Below are positions 39,622 to 52,344 of a stretch of DNA of 64,000 bases, piece after piece. Source of the DNA: Mobula hypostoma. Lineage: Eukaryota. The position numbers and the translations under genes were made by a program. The first letter of the stretch is position 1, and every line of letters begins with the position of its first letter. The notes under the pieces are model-generated. The model had not been told where the DNA came from, searched no databases, and saw nothing but the letters and a program-made list of their open reading frames with translations. The DNA lies in contig NC_086112.1 in assembly GCF_963921235.1 (NCBI RefSeq), forward strand, positions 45,756,001 to 45,820,000, given 5' to 3'.

Positions 39622-40531
39622 CAGAGAATCTTGTTCCCAGAAATTAAGAATCTCTGGGAACAAGTTTTACAGACATCAATATCTGGGGAAACTTGGAATG
39701 AAATTTTTAAACTGGTTAATACTTCATCGCTATGTGCTCGCCATTCCCTCATACAATTTAAGGTGGTACATAAAGTCCATATGACTAAAGATAAGCTTTC
39801 TCGTTTTTATTCGGATATATCTCCCTGCTGTGACAGATGTAATAATGGAGAAGCTTCATTAATTCATATGTTTTGGACTTGTCCAAGTCTTGAAAAATAT
39901 TGGAAGGAAGTTTTTCAAAATTTTTCTTTACTTTTCAAAGTCGACTTTAAGCCTAATCCTCTGACGGCCCTATTTGGTATTGTTACAGGACAAGATATCA
40001 AGCTGAAGACATCTGATTTACATATTTTGGCCTTTAGCTCTCTTATAGCCAGGAGGGTGCTTTTGTTTAAATGGAAAGATGTTTTTCGTCCTACTCATGC
40101 TCAATGGTTTTGCAACGTTATGTCATGCTTAGATTTAGAGAAGATTCGTTGTTCAATTTCTGAATCTCATCAAGACTTTCAAACATTGTGGGGACCTTTT
40201 CTGAATTATTTTCAAAACTTACAAAATCTTCAATTTGTTGTTTAAATTCAAATGTTGGCTATTATTAATTTTTATTATACGAGAAGGTATTTTACCTTTC
40301 TATCCTTAATAAACACCTTCGGTCTTGGAAGGGGTTAGACTTTTTTTTGTAATAAATTAGTACATTTCAATATAACTATTGATTAACTTTCATGAATATG
40401 GGGTAATGAGATTGTTATTATGAATAGATATAATGTAACTGGTAATTTTTAAAGAATCCTTTTTGACCTTTTATATATACTTTCTTGTACTCTGTATTCT
40501 TCCATGAAGAAACTAATAAAATATTGGAAAG
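39622..40531 (+). mobile_element. 5'-truncated L1/Tx1-clade LINE in the Gypsy leader
   Basis: zf-RVT motif CDRC..EASLIHMFWTCPSLEKYW; AATAAA with A-rich tail; flanking AAAATTAC repeat. Confidence 0.88.
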
Positions 40532-42139
40532 AAAATTACTTCCTTGCCAATGTTATGTTTTGTAACTTCAAAACATTAAACTAATTCAAAGGAAAGACAT
40601 GAGAGTCCAGGAATGGAAGTGTAATTTGGTCATTACTTTAAGCAAAGTGCATACACATCACTTGATAACATGATGATGTATGCAATTGATGTATTTTTAC
40701 AGATAACCCATATTTAATTATTTAAACAATCAAGAATACTAATCAACCAACATATATACATTACTCAAATATTCTTGAAATATTAAATACACAACACTCG
40801 TATGTACTTGTGTGACATTCAAGACAATATGAAAATTATTTGAATACTAAATCCATTTGAAAGACAAAGATCAGCAAAGAAGTAACACATCCAGATATGG
40901 CTGGAGAATCATTGCAAAGACTTCCCTTCCTTCACTAAACCATCACTTTTTAAGTTTCTTAAGCAGCTACATTCAGCTTTGTCCTATTTTTCAGATCAAC
41001 ATTACCCCTTGGTAAAATCATCACAAAAGGTATCAACAAAATTCCACATATTGTTGTCACTTGGCTCTACCTCAGCACCATTTCCGTGAACTTGTAAGTC
41101 AATTCCACTTGTAAGCCAAACTGCATGCTGCTATTCCCTTTCTCAATGGACACATTTCTTCAGCTTTCCTCCCATTCTTTTCCCCAATTCTGACTCATCT
41201 GCTGTGCTTCCGACTATTTTAGCTGCTTTGGTTTCAGCTTAATTCTAATACCTCTTGCAGTTTGCCACAACTGACTGGAATGGAATCATCATCTTAATAA
41301 GGAGGACAAAGCTTACATTTCCTGTTCTAGAGTTTCACTTAAGAGGAAGGGAAATCTGCAGGAGTTCTTACAATTAAGCAATTGAACACACTGCCCAAAC
41401 ATTGTTTCAATAATATTAAAAAAAAGCAAACTCTGTACCAGACCAAAGATTCCAAACAGAATGACACACGACAAAGCTTAGACCTTTGTGTGGATTTCTT
41501 TCTCAACCTGAATTCTACTTAAACAATCTTTCTTATCACTTTTGAGCCCTTAATGAATTAAATTATAAGTACCTCTTGGCTATTGGTCTGCGATAATGCT
41601 AATTTCATTCCGAGTACCAAGTACGGTTTATTTTGAAATGCAACTAACTTCATTTTACACAAGTGGTATTGGAATAAAGTGCAGATATTGTTAAATCATT
41701 TGAAAAATACATATATCATTTTTCTGTAAAAATATTAATGGAATGTAATTTTTGACATTTTTACTACTCTGGTTTTTAAATAGATTTTTAACATTCATAA
41801 CATGATTACTCTCATCACATGATCTTCAAATATTTACCTTCTATTTGCCGGTAAGTACAGAAACCTTGCCACTAGAACTTTTATAGTCATACAGTATGGC
41901 AACAAGTCATTTGACTCACGTTGTCAACACAGACCAGTGACCATCCAACTGTATTAATCCCACCTTTCAGTACTTGGCCTGTAGCCTTCTACACCCGGGG
42001 TGATTCAAAAGCTCATCTAGAACCGCAGTGTATTTCAGGTTCAAGATTCAAGATTGTTTAATGTCATTTCCAGCACACAAGTGTAAAGGAGAATGAAATC
42101 ATTGGTGCTCCTGATCCAATGCAACACAAGAAATATAGC

Positions 42140-43878
42140 AAACAATAAGCCACATTGAGCTTGTATGTGGTAAAAACAGGAGGGCCAGCAGTATGGGGCC
42201 ATGAGTGGCTGAGACAATTACAACTTAATTGGGGATCCATCCACCATTTGCATGCCACATCCCTTGTAATAGTGAATTAAGAAATGTGCTGGTTGATGCT
42301 ACAGCAGTGTTCAAGGATGGCATTGGAAAGCTCAAACACATCAATGGTAAAGTAGTGTTAAATGAAAATGCTACACCCAAGTTTTTCAAAGCCCATCTGG
42401 TTCCTTATACCATCCACGATAAAGTAGCCAGTGAGCTAGATTGCATGGAGGCTGAAGGAATTCTTTCCAATGTTGAGCACATGGGCAACACCAGTGGTCC
42501 CAGTAGCCAAGAAGAATGGGTCTGTCAGGATTTGTGGTGATTTTAAGGTCACTACCAACCCAGTTCTGAAAGTAGATCAAAATCCACTGCCCAGGATAGA
42601 GGATATCTTTGCAAACCTTTCTGAAGGGGAACACTTTAGCAAAATGGACTTAGCTGAGACCTACCTACAGGTAGAGAAGCAAGAAGAGTCCAAAGTGATT
42701 TTTACCATAAATACTCACAAAGGGCTTTATTGCTATAATAGGCTTATTTTTGGCGGATTAGAAAATTATAGGCTCAGGTGTGAATTCTTCAAACCAAGCA
42801 TCACTTGCTGTGGTCACGCCATTGACACACAAGATTTACCTGAGTGTGCTGAGAAAATGCGAGCAGTTGTGAATGCTGCAAGACCAAAATATGTGTCACA
42901 TTTGCACTCCTTTTTAGGATTTGTCAATTACTGTAGCAGGCTATAAAATGTACTATGCTGTGGATGTCTATATAGTAATTGTATTATATAGTGTACGGTG
43001 TATATAGTTGAGAAGCATTCTCTGTTGAGTTGGAGTTTATAGCTAAGCAGGGAGGAGTGTTGTGTATTTAATATTACAGTAATATTTGAGTAATATTGTA
43101 AATATATAGTTTGATTAAGCATTCTGTTGCTTATATAATTTATTATGATTATATACAGTGTACGAAGTATGCGAATAGCATGCATCATCACTGTATCATG
43201 TTATATGGCTCACCAGCCAAGCTCTTTTTCAGGAAAGTGGTTATCCCACAAGAATAAAGAAATTTTCTACAGCAATTAAATCTTTAAGCCTGAATGGGAC
43301 AACTTAAAACTTAGAATGCTGTGGATGTCTATATAGTAGTTGTATTTTATAATATTCTGTATATATTATATTATAGGCATCCGTTAGTCTTGTGAGACCA
43401 TAGATTTGCGCCCTGGAAGGTTTCCAGGGCACAGGCCTGGGAAAAGTTGTATGGAAGACCAGCAGTTGCCCATGCTGCAAGTCTCCCCTCTCCACGCCAC
43501 CGATGTTGTCCAAGGGAAGGGCATTAGGACCCATACAGCTTGGTTCCGGTGCCATCGCAGAGCATTGTTAAGTGCCTTGCTCAAGGACACACACACTGCC
43601 TCAGCCAAGGCTCAAAATAGTGACCTTCAGATCACTAGACCGACGCCTTAACCACTTGGCCATGCACCAACACAACTGTATATATTATACATTCTCTTTA
43701 TTTACATAATTCATTATGGGTTATATGCAAGAAGTACATGAATGGCATATGTTAGTACATCATTACACCACCAAGTCATATATATGCACTTCACTAAAGT
43801 AAAGAGTAAGTACATATGTTTATCCTTGTGCTCCCATGTTTTTCTTTCGATTAATTTCTGGAGTTACAAAATGTAACA
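42140..43878 (+). mobile_element. Gypsy remnant (copy C): pro-RT fragments, partial LTR from 43058, duplicated 3' region and LTR end at 43878
   Basis: WATPVVPVAKKNGSVRICGDFKVT.NP, FSKMDL, SFLGFVNY; PPT + TGTTGTGTATTTAATA LTR. Confidence 0.88.
43375..43673 (-). mobile_element. tRNA-headed SINE (CORE-like body, RTE-like tail)
   Basis: Minus strand: GTGTTGGTGCATGGCCAAGTGGTTAAGGCG (A box), TGTGTCCTTGAGCAAGGCACTTAAC body, hairpin tail. Confidence 0.75.
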
Positions 43879-46682
43879 AAATCCTTGGGATGAGGTGACA
43901 TAGAATCAGAAGGAGTCGCATCCTTGTGCGTAGAGTTAAGAAACTGCCAGGATAAATAGACTCTGATGGGACTTATATACAAGCCCCCAAACAGTAGCCA
44001 GGATGTGAGATATAAATTCCATGGGAGATAGTAAAGTCATGTAATAAGAGCAATATAATAATAGTCATGGAAGAATTTCAGTATTCAGATATATTGAGCA
44101 GATCAGGTTTGTGCTGGTTTCCAAGAGTGTGAATTTGTAGAATGCCTATAAGATAGTTTTTTAGAGCAGCTTGTGGTTAAGAACACCAGGGGAAAGGCAA
44201 TTCTGGATTGTGTGTTTTGTAATGAACCCGATTTGATTAGGATGCTTAAGGTAAAGGAACCATTAGGAGACAGTGACCATAATCTTATCGAATTCATCCT
44301 GAAATTTGAGGGGAGAAGATGAAGTCAGATGTATCAGTATTAGAGTGGTGTAAAGGGAATTACAAAGGCATGAGAGAGGAACTGGCCAAAGTTGATTGGA
44401 AAGGGACGATGGCAGAACGGGAATGGCTGGAGTTTCTGGGGGCAATTGGGTGTGTACAGGGTAGATACATCCCAACGATGAAGAAGAATTCTAAAGTGAG
44501 AATGAGGCAACTGTGGCTGACAAAGGAAACCAAAGACAGAGTAAAAGCAAAAGAGAGGCATATAATACAACAAAAATTAATGGGGGATTGCCAAGCTTTT
44601 AAAAATCAACAGAAGACAACTAAATATCCATAAGGAGAGAAAAAAATGTAATATAAAGGTAAGCTAGCCGATAGTACAAAAGAGGATATCAAAAGTTTTT
44701 CAGATATACCATATAAAGAGTAAAAGAAAGGCAAAGCAGTGGAAAAGAATACAGTCGATGTTTTGGCCGAGACCCTTCATCTGGCCTGATGAATGGTCTC
44801 GGCCCAAAATGTCGATTGTACTTTTTCCATAGAAGCAGCCTTACCTGCTGATTTCTTCCAGCATTTTTTGTGTGTTGCTTGGGTTTCCAGCATCTGCAGA
44901 TTTTCTCTTGTTGTTAAGAAAGGCAGGAGTGGCTATTGGAACATTAGAAAACGATGCTAATTTCTAAAGGGGAGTACAGGGGGACAATGAAATGATGGAG
45001 CATTTTGTGCCAGTCTTCATTGTGGAAGACACCAGCAGTATCCTGGAAATTCAAGAGTGTCAGGGGAAGAAGTGAGTGAGGTTACTATTACTAAGGAGAA
45101 GGTGTTTGGAAAGCTAAAAGGTCTGAAGGTAGATAAGTCACCTTGAACAGATAGGATGCACCCCATGGTTCTAAAGGACGTAGCAAAAGAGATTGTGGAG
45201 GCATTAGTAAAGGTCTTTCAAGAATCAATAGATTCTGGAATGGTTCTGAAGAACTGGAAGGTTGCAAATGTCACTCCATTCTTTAAGAAGGGAGGGAGGC
45301 AGAAGAAAGGAAATTATACACCAGTTAGCTTGGCTTCAGTAATTGGGCAGATGTTTGAGTCCATTATTAAGGATGAGATTTCGGGGTATTTGGAGGCACA
45401 ATATAAGTAGGCCAAAGTGAGCATGATATCCTTGAAGGGGAATATTGCCTGACAAATCAATTGGAATTCTTTGAGGAAGTAACAGGCAGGACAGACAAAA
45501 GAGAGTCTGTGGATGTTGTTCACTTGGATTTTCAGAAGGCATTTGACTGGGAGCTGCACATGAGGCTGTTAACAAGGTAACACAGTATTACGGGAAAGAT
45601 ACTAGCATGGATAGAAGGTTAGTTGATAGGCAGGAAGCAAAGACTGGGAATAAAGGGGGCCTATTCTGGTTGGCTGCTGGTCACCATTGGTATTCTGCAA
45701 AGATTGATATTGGGACTGCTTCTTTTCGTGTTATATGTTAATGCTTTTGATGACAGAATTGATGGCTTTGTGGCCAAGTGTGCAGAGGATACAAAGATAG
45801 GTGGAGGGGCAGGTAGTGTTGAGGAAGCAGGAAGTCTGTAATGGCTTTAGGCAGATTGGTGGAATGGGCAAAAAAGAGGCAGATGGAATATAGTGTAGGG
45901 AAGTGTATGGTCATGCAATTTTGTAGAAGGAATAAAGGCATAGACTATTTTCTAAATGGGTAGAAAAATCAAAAATCAGAGTTGCAAAGGGATTTGGGAA
46001 TCCTTGTGGAAGTTAGCTTGCAAGTTCAGTCAGTGGTAAGGAAGGTAAATGCAATGTTAGCATTCATTTTAAGAGGACTAGGATATGATGCTGAGTCTTT
46101 ATAAGGTATTGGTCAGATTGCACTCAGAGTGTTGTGAGCAGTTTTGGGCCCCTTATCTAAGAAATAATGTGTTGGCATTGGAGAGAGTCCGGAGGAAGTT
46201 CATAAGAATGATTCAGGGAATGAAAGGTTTAATGTATGAGGAACATTTGATGACCCTGGGCCTGTACTCACTAGAGCTTAGAGGAATGGGGGAATCTCAT
46301 GGAAACCCTTTAAATATTGAAAGAATGAATGCAGGGAGGATGTTTCCTGTAGTGGTTGAGTTTAGGACCAGAGGGCACAGCCTCAGATTAGAGGGATGTT
46401 CATTTAGAACAGAGATGAGGAGGAATTTCTTTAGCCAGAGGGTGGTGAAGCCGTGGAATTCATTGTTATAGACGGCTACGTATGCCACATCACTAAGTAT
46501 ATTTAAAGTGGAGTTTGATACATTCTTGATTAGTCTGTGTGTCAAAGGTTATGGGGGGAGAAGGCAAGAGAATGGGATTGAGAGGGTAGAGATAATAAAT
46601 CAGTCATGAAGGAATGGTCTAGCAAACTCAATGGGCTGAGTATCTTCTTACTGCTGTTATGTTTGATACTCTTATGGTCTTA
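43879..46682 (+). mobile_element. Long decayed CR1 LINE ORF2 (endonuclease to RT to tail)
   Basis: EPLGDSDHNLIEF, WKVANVTPFFKKGGR, DFQKAFD, AEDTKIGG, LGLYSLE, CTTATGGTCTTAT tail. Confidence 0.92.
44733..44915. mobile_element. Fold-back Penelope mini-insertion with hammerhead motifs on both strands
   Basis: TSD AAGAAAGGCA; ..GACCCTTCATC TGG CCTGATGAATGGTCTCGGCCCAAAA.. inverted arms. Confidence 0.82.
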
Positions 46683-46689
46683 TAGATAG

Positions 46690-47000
46690 CTTATTTATAT
46701 ATATAGACACACACATCTTTTTGTGAGTATGTCCTTGGTGGTGCGTAGGCTGGTGCTGGTGATGCATTGTGCAGTTTTGACGACCGGCTGCGGAGCCTCC
46801 CTGCCCACCACAGCGCGATTTCCATACCATGCAGTGATGCTGTGTGCTGGTTGCTCTCTACTGCACGTCTGTAAAAGGCATAGCCTTCTTCTCTTCAACC
46901 TCCTCAGAAAGCAGAGCCATTGAATGGTTTACTTGATTGTGCAGGGAGTGTTGTGGGATCATGACAGGTTGTGTGAGAAGTGCAGTTTCCACCGTTCTGC
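46690..47000 (-). mobile_element. Rex1-type LINE fragment
   Basis: SITAWYGNRAV..PQPVVKTAQCIT. Confidence 0.7.
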
Positions 47001-47004
47001 CGTC

Positions 47005-47726
47005 GATTTAAGGCACTTAACAGTGTTGATGAACAGAGGGATCTTGGGGTCCAAGTTCATGGCTCCCTGAAAATGGCTACACAGGTTGATGGGGTCAATA
47101 AGTAGGCACATGGCACGCTTGCCTTTATTAGTTGAGGCTTTGAGTTCAAAAGTCAGGATGTTATGTTGCAAATTATAAAACTCTGCATCTGGAGTATTGT
47201 ATATAGTTCTGGTCATCCCATTATAGAAAGGATTTTGAGGCTTTGGAGAGGGTGCAGAAGAGGTTTAACAGGATGTTGCTTGGATTAGAGTGCGTGTGCT
47301 ATAACAAGAGGTTGGACAAACTTGGGCTGTTTTCTCTGGAATGGGAGAGGCTGAGGGGAGATCTGATAGAGGTTTATAAGATTCTGAGAGGCATAGATAG
47401 AGCAGACAGTATCTTTTTCCAAGGGTTGAAATGTCTGTTACATTTGATGTAAGAGGGGACAATTTCAGAGGAGATGTGAGGAGCAAGTTTTTTTGCACGG
47501 AGAGTGGCAGGTTCCTGGGGCATGCTGTCTGAGTGCTGGTAGGGGCAGAAACATTAGGGGCTTTTAAGAGACATTTAGACATTTGGGCATATGAATGCAC
47601 AGAAAAGTGAAGAAAAGAATGGACATTGTGTAGGCAGAAGAGATTAATTAGCCATTTGATTGCTAATTTAATTGGTTCGGCACAACATTGTGGTCTGAAA
47701 GGCCTGTCCGTGTTCTATGTTCTATA
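47005..47726 (+). mobile_element. CR1 LINE 3' part
   Basis: LERVQKRFNRML..RLDKLGLFSLE.ERLRGDLIEVYKILRGIDR; (TTCTATG) tail. Confidence 0.9.
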
Positions 47727-47985
47727 TTAGTCCTCTGTTGTCCAGATATCTCCCCGCTAGCAATTAGATAGAGAATATCTTGATACAGATTAGTGCAACT
47801 TTACATGATCAACTCCGGGGTTTTAGCCATCCTATTGAAAGGAGCACACATAGTATGCATGGCATTTAAGAAGACGTCAAGTAATTTAGTTTTTCATCCT
47901 TCTCTTGGAAGACCTAGATGGTACCAATTAGCTGATGGTCGATCTGTGTACCAGCATGAGCCATGCTGATGATAAACTTGGCATA

Positions 47986-48492
47986 CAATCAGTGGCCACT
48001 TTATTAGGTACACCCGCTCGTTAATGCAAATATCCAATCAGCCATTCATATGACAGCAGCTCAACATCAAAATGGGGAAGAAATGTGATCTAGTTGACTT
48101 TGACCGTGGAATGATTGCTGGTGCTGGATGGGGTGGTTTAAGTATGTCAGAAACTTTAGATCTCCTGGGATTTTCATGCAGAACAGTCTCTAGAGTTTAC
48201 AGAGAATGGTGCAAAAATAAAAAAAAAACGACCAGTGAGCAGTTGTTCTGTGGGTGGAAATGCCATGTTAATGAGAGAGGTCAAAAGGTAATGGCCAGAC
48301 TGGTTCAAGCTGACAGGAAGGCAACATGAACTCAAGTAACCACATATTACAACAGTGGTGTGCAGAAGAGCATCTCTGAATAACCCACACATCAACCTTG
48401 AAGTGGATGTGCTGTAGCAGCAGAAGACCGTGACCATGTTAGTGATCATGTTACTATGTACAGGAGATATCTAACAAAGAGGCCACTGAGTA
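47986..48492 (+). mobile_element. Non-autonomous Tc1-like DNA transposon
   Basis: TA-flanked TIRs CAATCAGTGGCCACTTTATTAG / CTAACAAAGAGGCCACTGAG; transposase N-terminal HTH MGKKCDLVDFDRGMI..SETLDLLGFSCRTVSRVYREW. Confidence 0.88.
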
Positions 48493-50117
48493 TATATCAC
48501 ACATTCCCTCTTGTTGTTCCAGAAGTATCCAATCCCTCAGTGGCTCTTAACGTACATGGTAGAGAAAAGTCAGGAGCTTACAGTGACATAGGTTCAGCTA
48601 CCCCCTTCCCTCATAACACGCATTTCAAAACAGACCTTCGTTGCTGTCCTTTGTCCACCATCTATTCACACTTAGTTGCAATGTGTCCATCTCCAAGTGG
48701 ATCCCAATAGAGATCTCACCTGAAAAACAGTGAGGAGTTGGGGTGGGTGTTGAGTTGTGGGTACCTTATTTGGCCTGCATGAATTTTCTTCTGGGACCTC
48801 CCACTCAATATTATACTACTGAACCTGAAGGCTCTGCAAGTGATGAAAGACCTGAAGAGGAAATTAGTGTTATGATGTTTTAAGTGATCACACCTCACCA
48901 TTTACGTCAAGTCAACACAAGTGAATGGGGACATCATATATTTAATTAGGTCATCAGCTAGCTGTGAGGCTGAAACCCTGCTAGACGAGGCCACTGATGT
49001 CCAGGCCTAATCTCCAGCGGAACCTCCTTTTCTACAGTCTCTTCTGCATGGAAAAAGGAAGACCTCTGAGTGAGGCAGAGAGTAAATGATATGTGTTGAA
49101 TGGACAGATTTGTGAGGGGGTTCATGAGGAAAAGGCATAGCATTGCGTGGAAGGTAAACACCAAAGTTCAAAGTAAAATTTATTATCAGAGTTCATGCAC
49201 GTCACCACATACAACCCTGCGATTATTTTTCTGCGGGCGTACTGGATAACGGCATGGTGGTTGGATAGAAGAGGAATATGAGGGGTGGAGGGGGATGGAA
49301 GTAACTACAGAGTAAGTTGGATTTGAACAGCAATGTGCTGCAGGAAATTTGGGAAGATGGAGGATAGAGATAATATGCTTCTCAGGTGAATGTGCCATGA
49401 TATTCAACCTTTCTGCCTTGCTTAACCTATGAAATCGCTTTTTTACCATTGAATCCATGGGTATAGTTTCATGTTTCTGTTGCTAACTTTACCAGTAACC
49501 ACCAGCTGCTATTTCCTTGCAAAAGCTTACTGTCCTTGGCATTTCAGTGAGAATGGGTGCTACTAAAATAAGGCAGAATCCTTGAAATTCCAGTTCCTTT
49601 CTGCAATTCCTCATTGTTCTTACACTACTAAAATCTGTTGTAATTGATGCTAGAGATGAAATGAAGTTCTTCTTATGCTTACTATTTCCGTTTCCTTTGG
49701 CAGTCACTTGAGATCAAAGATGACTTGCTCTCGCTTCTTTACTGAGTAGAGGTAGGTGACCTTGCATGGATAGTTTTTTATGTGGGGTGATTGTTGTATA
49801 ACAGCTACCTCAATGAATTATCAGAGTGAGACTTAGGTCCAATGAGCAGAAGGATCCCAGACAACTGGAGACCAGGTCCTACTGCAGAGACTTTGCGTTC
49901 ATATGTACACCCAGAAAGGAACACACACAAAAAAATGAACACTGACATAGTGGCATTATAATTTAGTCAGGAAAAAGCAATTTCAATTTAAACAGCATTT
50001 TGGCTCAGCAAAATGTTCCCGTGTATCACATGAGATTTTATAATTAAGAGTGGATGCTAAGGCACATGGGGATTTATTACGGCAGATGATTTAAAGAGGT
50101 TAGGCTTCAACAAGTAC

Positions 50118-50337
50118 AGGCCAGGAGGCATCTATGAAAAAGAGCAAACAGTCGATGTTCTGGGCTGAGACCCTTCATCAGGACTCCTGGTGAGTACTCC
50201 AGTCCTGATGAAGTATCTCAGACCGAAACGTTGACCGTTTGCTTTTTTCTATAGATGCTGCCTGGCCTGCCGAGTTCCTCCAGCATTTTGTGTGTGTTGC
50301 TTTGAATTTTCAGCATCTGCAGATTTTCTTGTGTTTG
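50118..50337. mobile_element. Fold-back Penelope mini-insertion with hammerhead motifs on both strands
   Basis: TSD T(T)A(G/A)GCTTCAACAAGT; CTTCATCAGGACT..AGTCCTGATGAAG inverted cores. Confidence 0.85.
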
Positions 50338-50439
50338 TTAAGCTTCAACAAGTGCCTGAATGTACCGAAAGATGATGGAGAAGTGGAAAGACAATGGGTT
50401 AAGAAATAAGTTCCACAGCTTAGAGTTCTGGGAACCAAC

Positions 50440-50900
50440 ATTGGGAAAATGCATTCTGCAGAAGGTACATATTGTAGCCTCTATACACTGCTGCAGAGGG
50501 GATATGTTCAAGGTGAAATGGGCTGCCTTGTCCTGTATGTTCTTAAGAGTCATTGGAGCAAGTGGTGTGTTTCATCCCATTCCAGAATTGTGCCGTGTAG
50601 ATAGACAGAAAGACTTTGGGGGTCAGAGGGTGAGTCAGTTGTCGTGTAATACCTAGCTTCTGACCTACACTTGTCGCATTTTTGTGGCTGGTCCGGATGA
50701 ATTTCGAGTCAGTGGTGATCTACGAAATGTTGATTATGTGGGCTTGGTGATGACAATGTAATTGAGTGAGTGGTGGGAGTCCAACACTCTGTTGGAGATG
50801 GTCACTGCTTGGAACTTTGTCATGCAAATATTACTTATCATTTACCAGCTCATGCCCGAAACTTGTTTCGGTCTTGCTGTAAGCATATTTCAACATGGCT
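50440..50900 (-). mobile_element. Old decayed CR1-clade LINE fragment
   Basis: Homologous to 7450-7880. Confidence 0.5.
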
Positions 50901-51815
50901 GTGACTTATCATTGTACCTTTGGTACTCTTTTTAAAGATAGAAAATGTTAACAATAAACTTGTTATAGAAGGAATGAAATTCTAGTACCAATGATTTTCC
51001 TTCACTGTGGGTTTCTGCATACCTCTCACAGGTGGTTGAGACATAGATCTTCAACGTCTAGGTCTGAGGTATACACAAATATTTATTTTGCATAGGAACA
51101 TAGAACTTCAGAAGACCACAGGAATGTAGGAAATATTTTGTAGCTCTTGGAAAAATGTTTCCTCAAACAATATTTAGATGAATAATCCCCCAATTAAATG
51201 AAGATGGTGATCTCTTAAACTCATCACTAATTTAAAATTATTCCTTCACATTTAATCCTGACAATATTGTTTTTTCTTAATTTTATTTTGTTGTTTCTGA
51301 TTTCTGAATTGATAGCAATGCAAATTTGACTTCCTTCAGAAAATTTTAAACACAGGTGTCTGGCTTTTGAAACTGCAGTAATTAATATTTAGTGTTCACA
51401 ATAGTATCAGTATTGCTTAAACAGTCCTTTCCTGCTGTCCGCCACAATTTTGTTTAAGCTCAAGTGGTGCGTTGTTTAATATTTGCCAGCTCACACAGAA
51501 GAATGTTAATGCACCAAAAAAAAAAGCCATTGACAGTGTTTGAGAAAATGAAAATTGCTTTGAATGGGTGAAATCTGTGTAAATTAGTTCCTCAAAAGCT
51601 GCCAAGTAACATTCCAACTACCTGGAAAGGATGGACCAAAGTAATTGGCTGCAGTGCAAGTTTACTTAACCTTTTAACTCAAAAGTCACAAGGGGGATAA
51701 TTTCATGGGGCTATAGTTATCAACTTCCTAATATGCTGAAGATGGCAAAAAATATTTGATGGCTACTTCTCTGTTTCAAAAACTAGATTACTTTTAGATT
51801 TCTAAGGCTAATCAG

Positions 51816-52330
51816 ATAGACATAGACATAGACATAGACATACTTTATTGATCTCGAGGGAAATTGGGTTTCGTTACAGCTGCACCAACCAAGAATAGAG
51901 CATAAATATAGAAATACAAAACCACAAGCAATCAAACAACAATATGTAAACTATGCCAGATGGAAATAAGTCCAGGACCAGCCCATTGCCTCAGGGTGTC
52001 TGACCCTCCATGGCAGGAGCTGCAAAGTTCGATGGCCACAGGCAGGAACGACCTCCCATGACGCCCAGTGTTGCATCTCGGTGGAATATGGCCGGAGTCC
52101 AACAGCAAATCGTTCAATATCTGGGCTATAAATACGTTCCTTTATCGTAATATGACCAGGATTGCACCATTTGTTGTTAACCAAAACAGCAAGCCCCCCT
52201 CCTTTATGCTCAATGCACTTGCGGTCAGCCCAAACGGTCTAGAAGCCCTCCATGGAAACGTTTTGGTCGGGTATGTCCACGTGCAGCCACGTTTCAGTAA
52301 AACACATAACATTGCCGATTTGGCACATTA
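51816..52330 (-). mobile_element. Internally deleted Rex1-type LINE (endonuclease fused to 3' end)
   Basis: CFTETWL..GGGLAVLVNNKWC..RPY joined to PRCNTGRHGRSFLPVAIEL; (CTATGT)n tail. Confidence 0.8.
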
Positions 52331-52344
52331 TGGAGAAGCCTCAT

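Larger units (their letters stand above)
36136..40796 (-). mobile_element. Gypsy LTR retrotransposon (copy B), non-autonomous, carrying an RBM25 retro-fragment
   Basis: LTRs 40551-40796 (5') and 36136-36386 (3'); PBS-like TGGCAAGGAAG next to 40550; PPT next to 36387; gag ~39430-38530; protease (MELDTDSAVS) ~38530-38330; pol replaced by host sequence; pol 3' tail at 37170-37390. Confidence 0.92.

Noticed and set aside
39523-40245. 240-aa ORF as a host protein
   Set aside because: It is the L1-clade ORF2 C-terminus fused to antisense Gypsy leader.
36131-40801. TSD for Gypsy copy B
   Set aside because: The flanks (GATCT vs CTCGT) do not match, so I cannot confirm both LTRs come from one integration; decay or recombination is possible.
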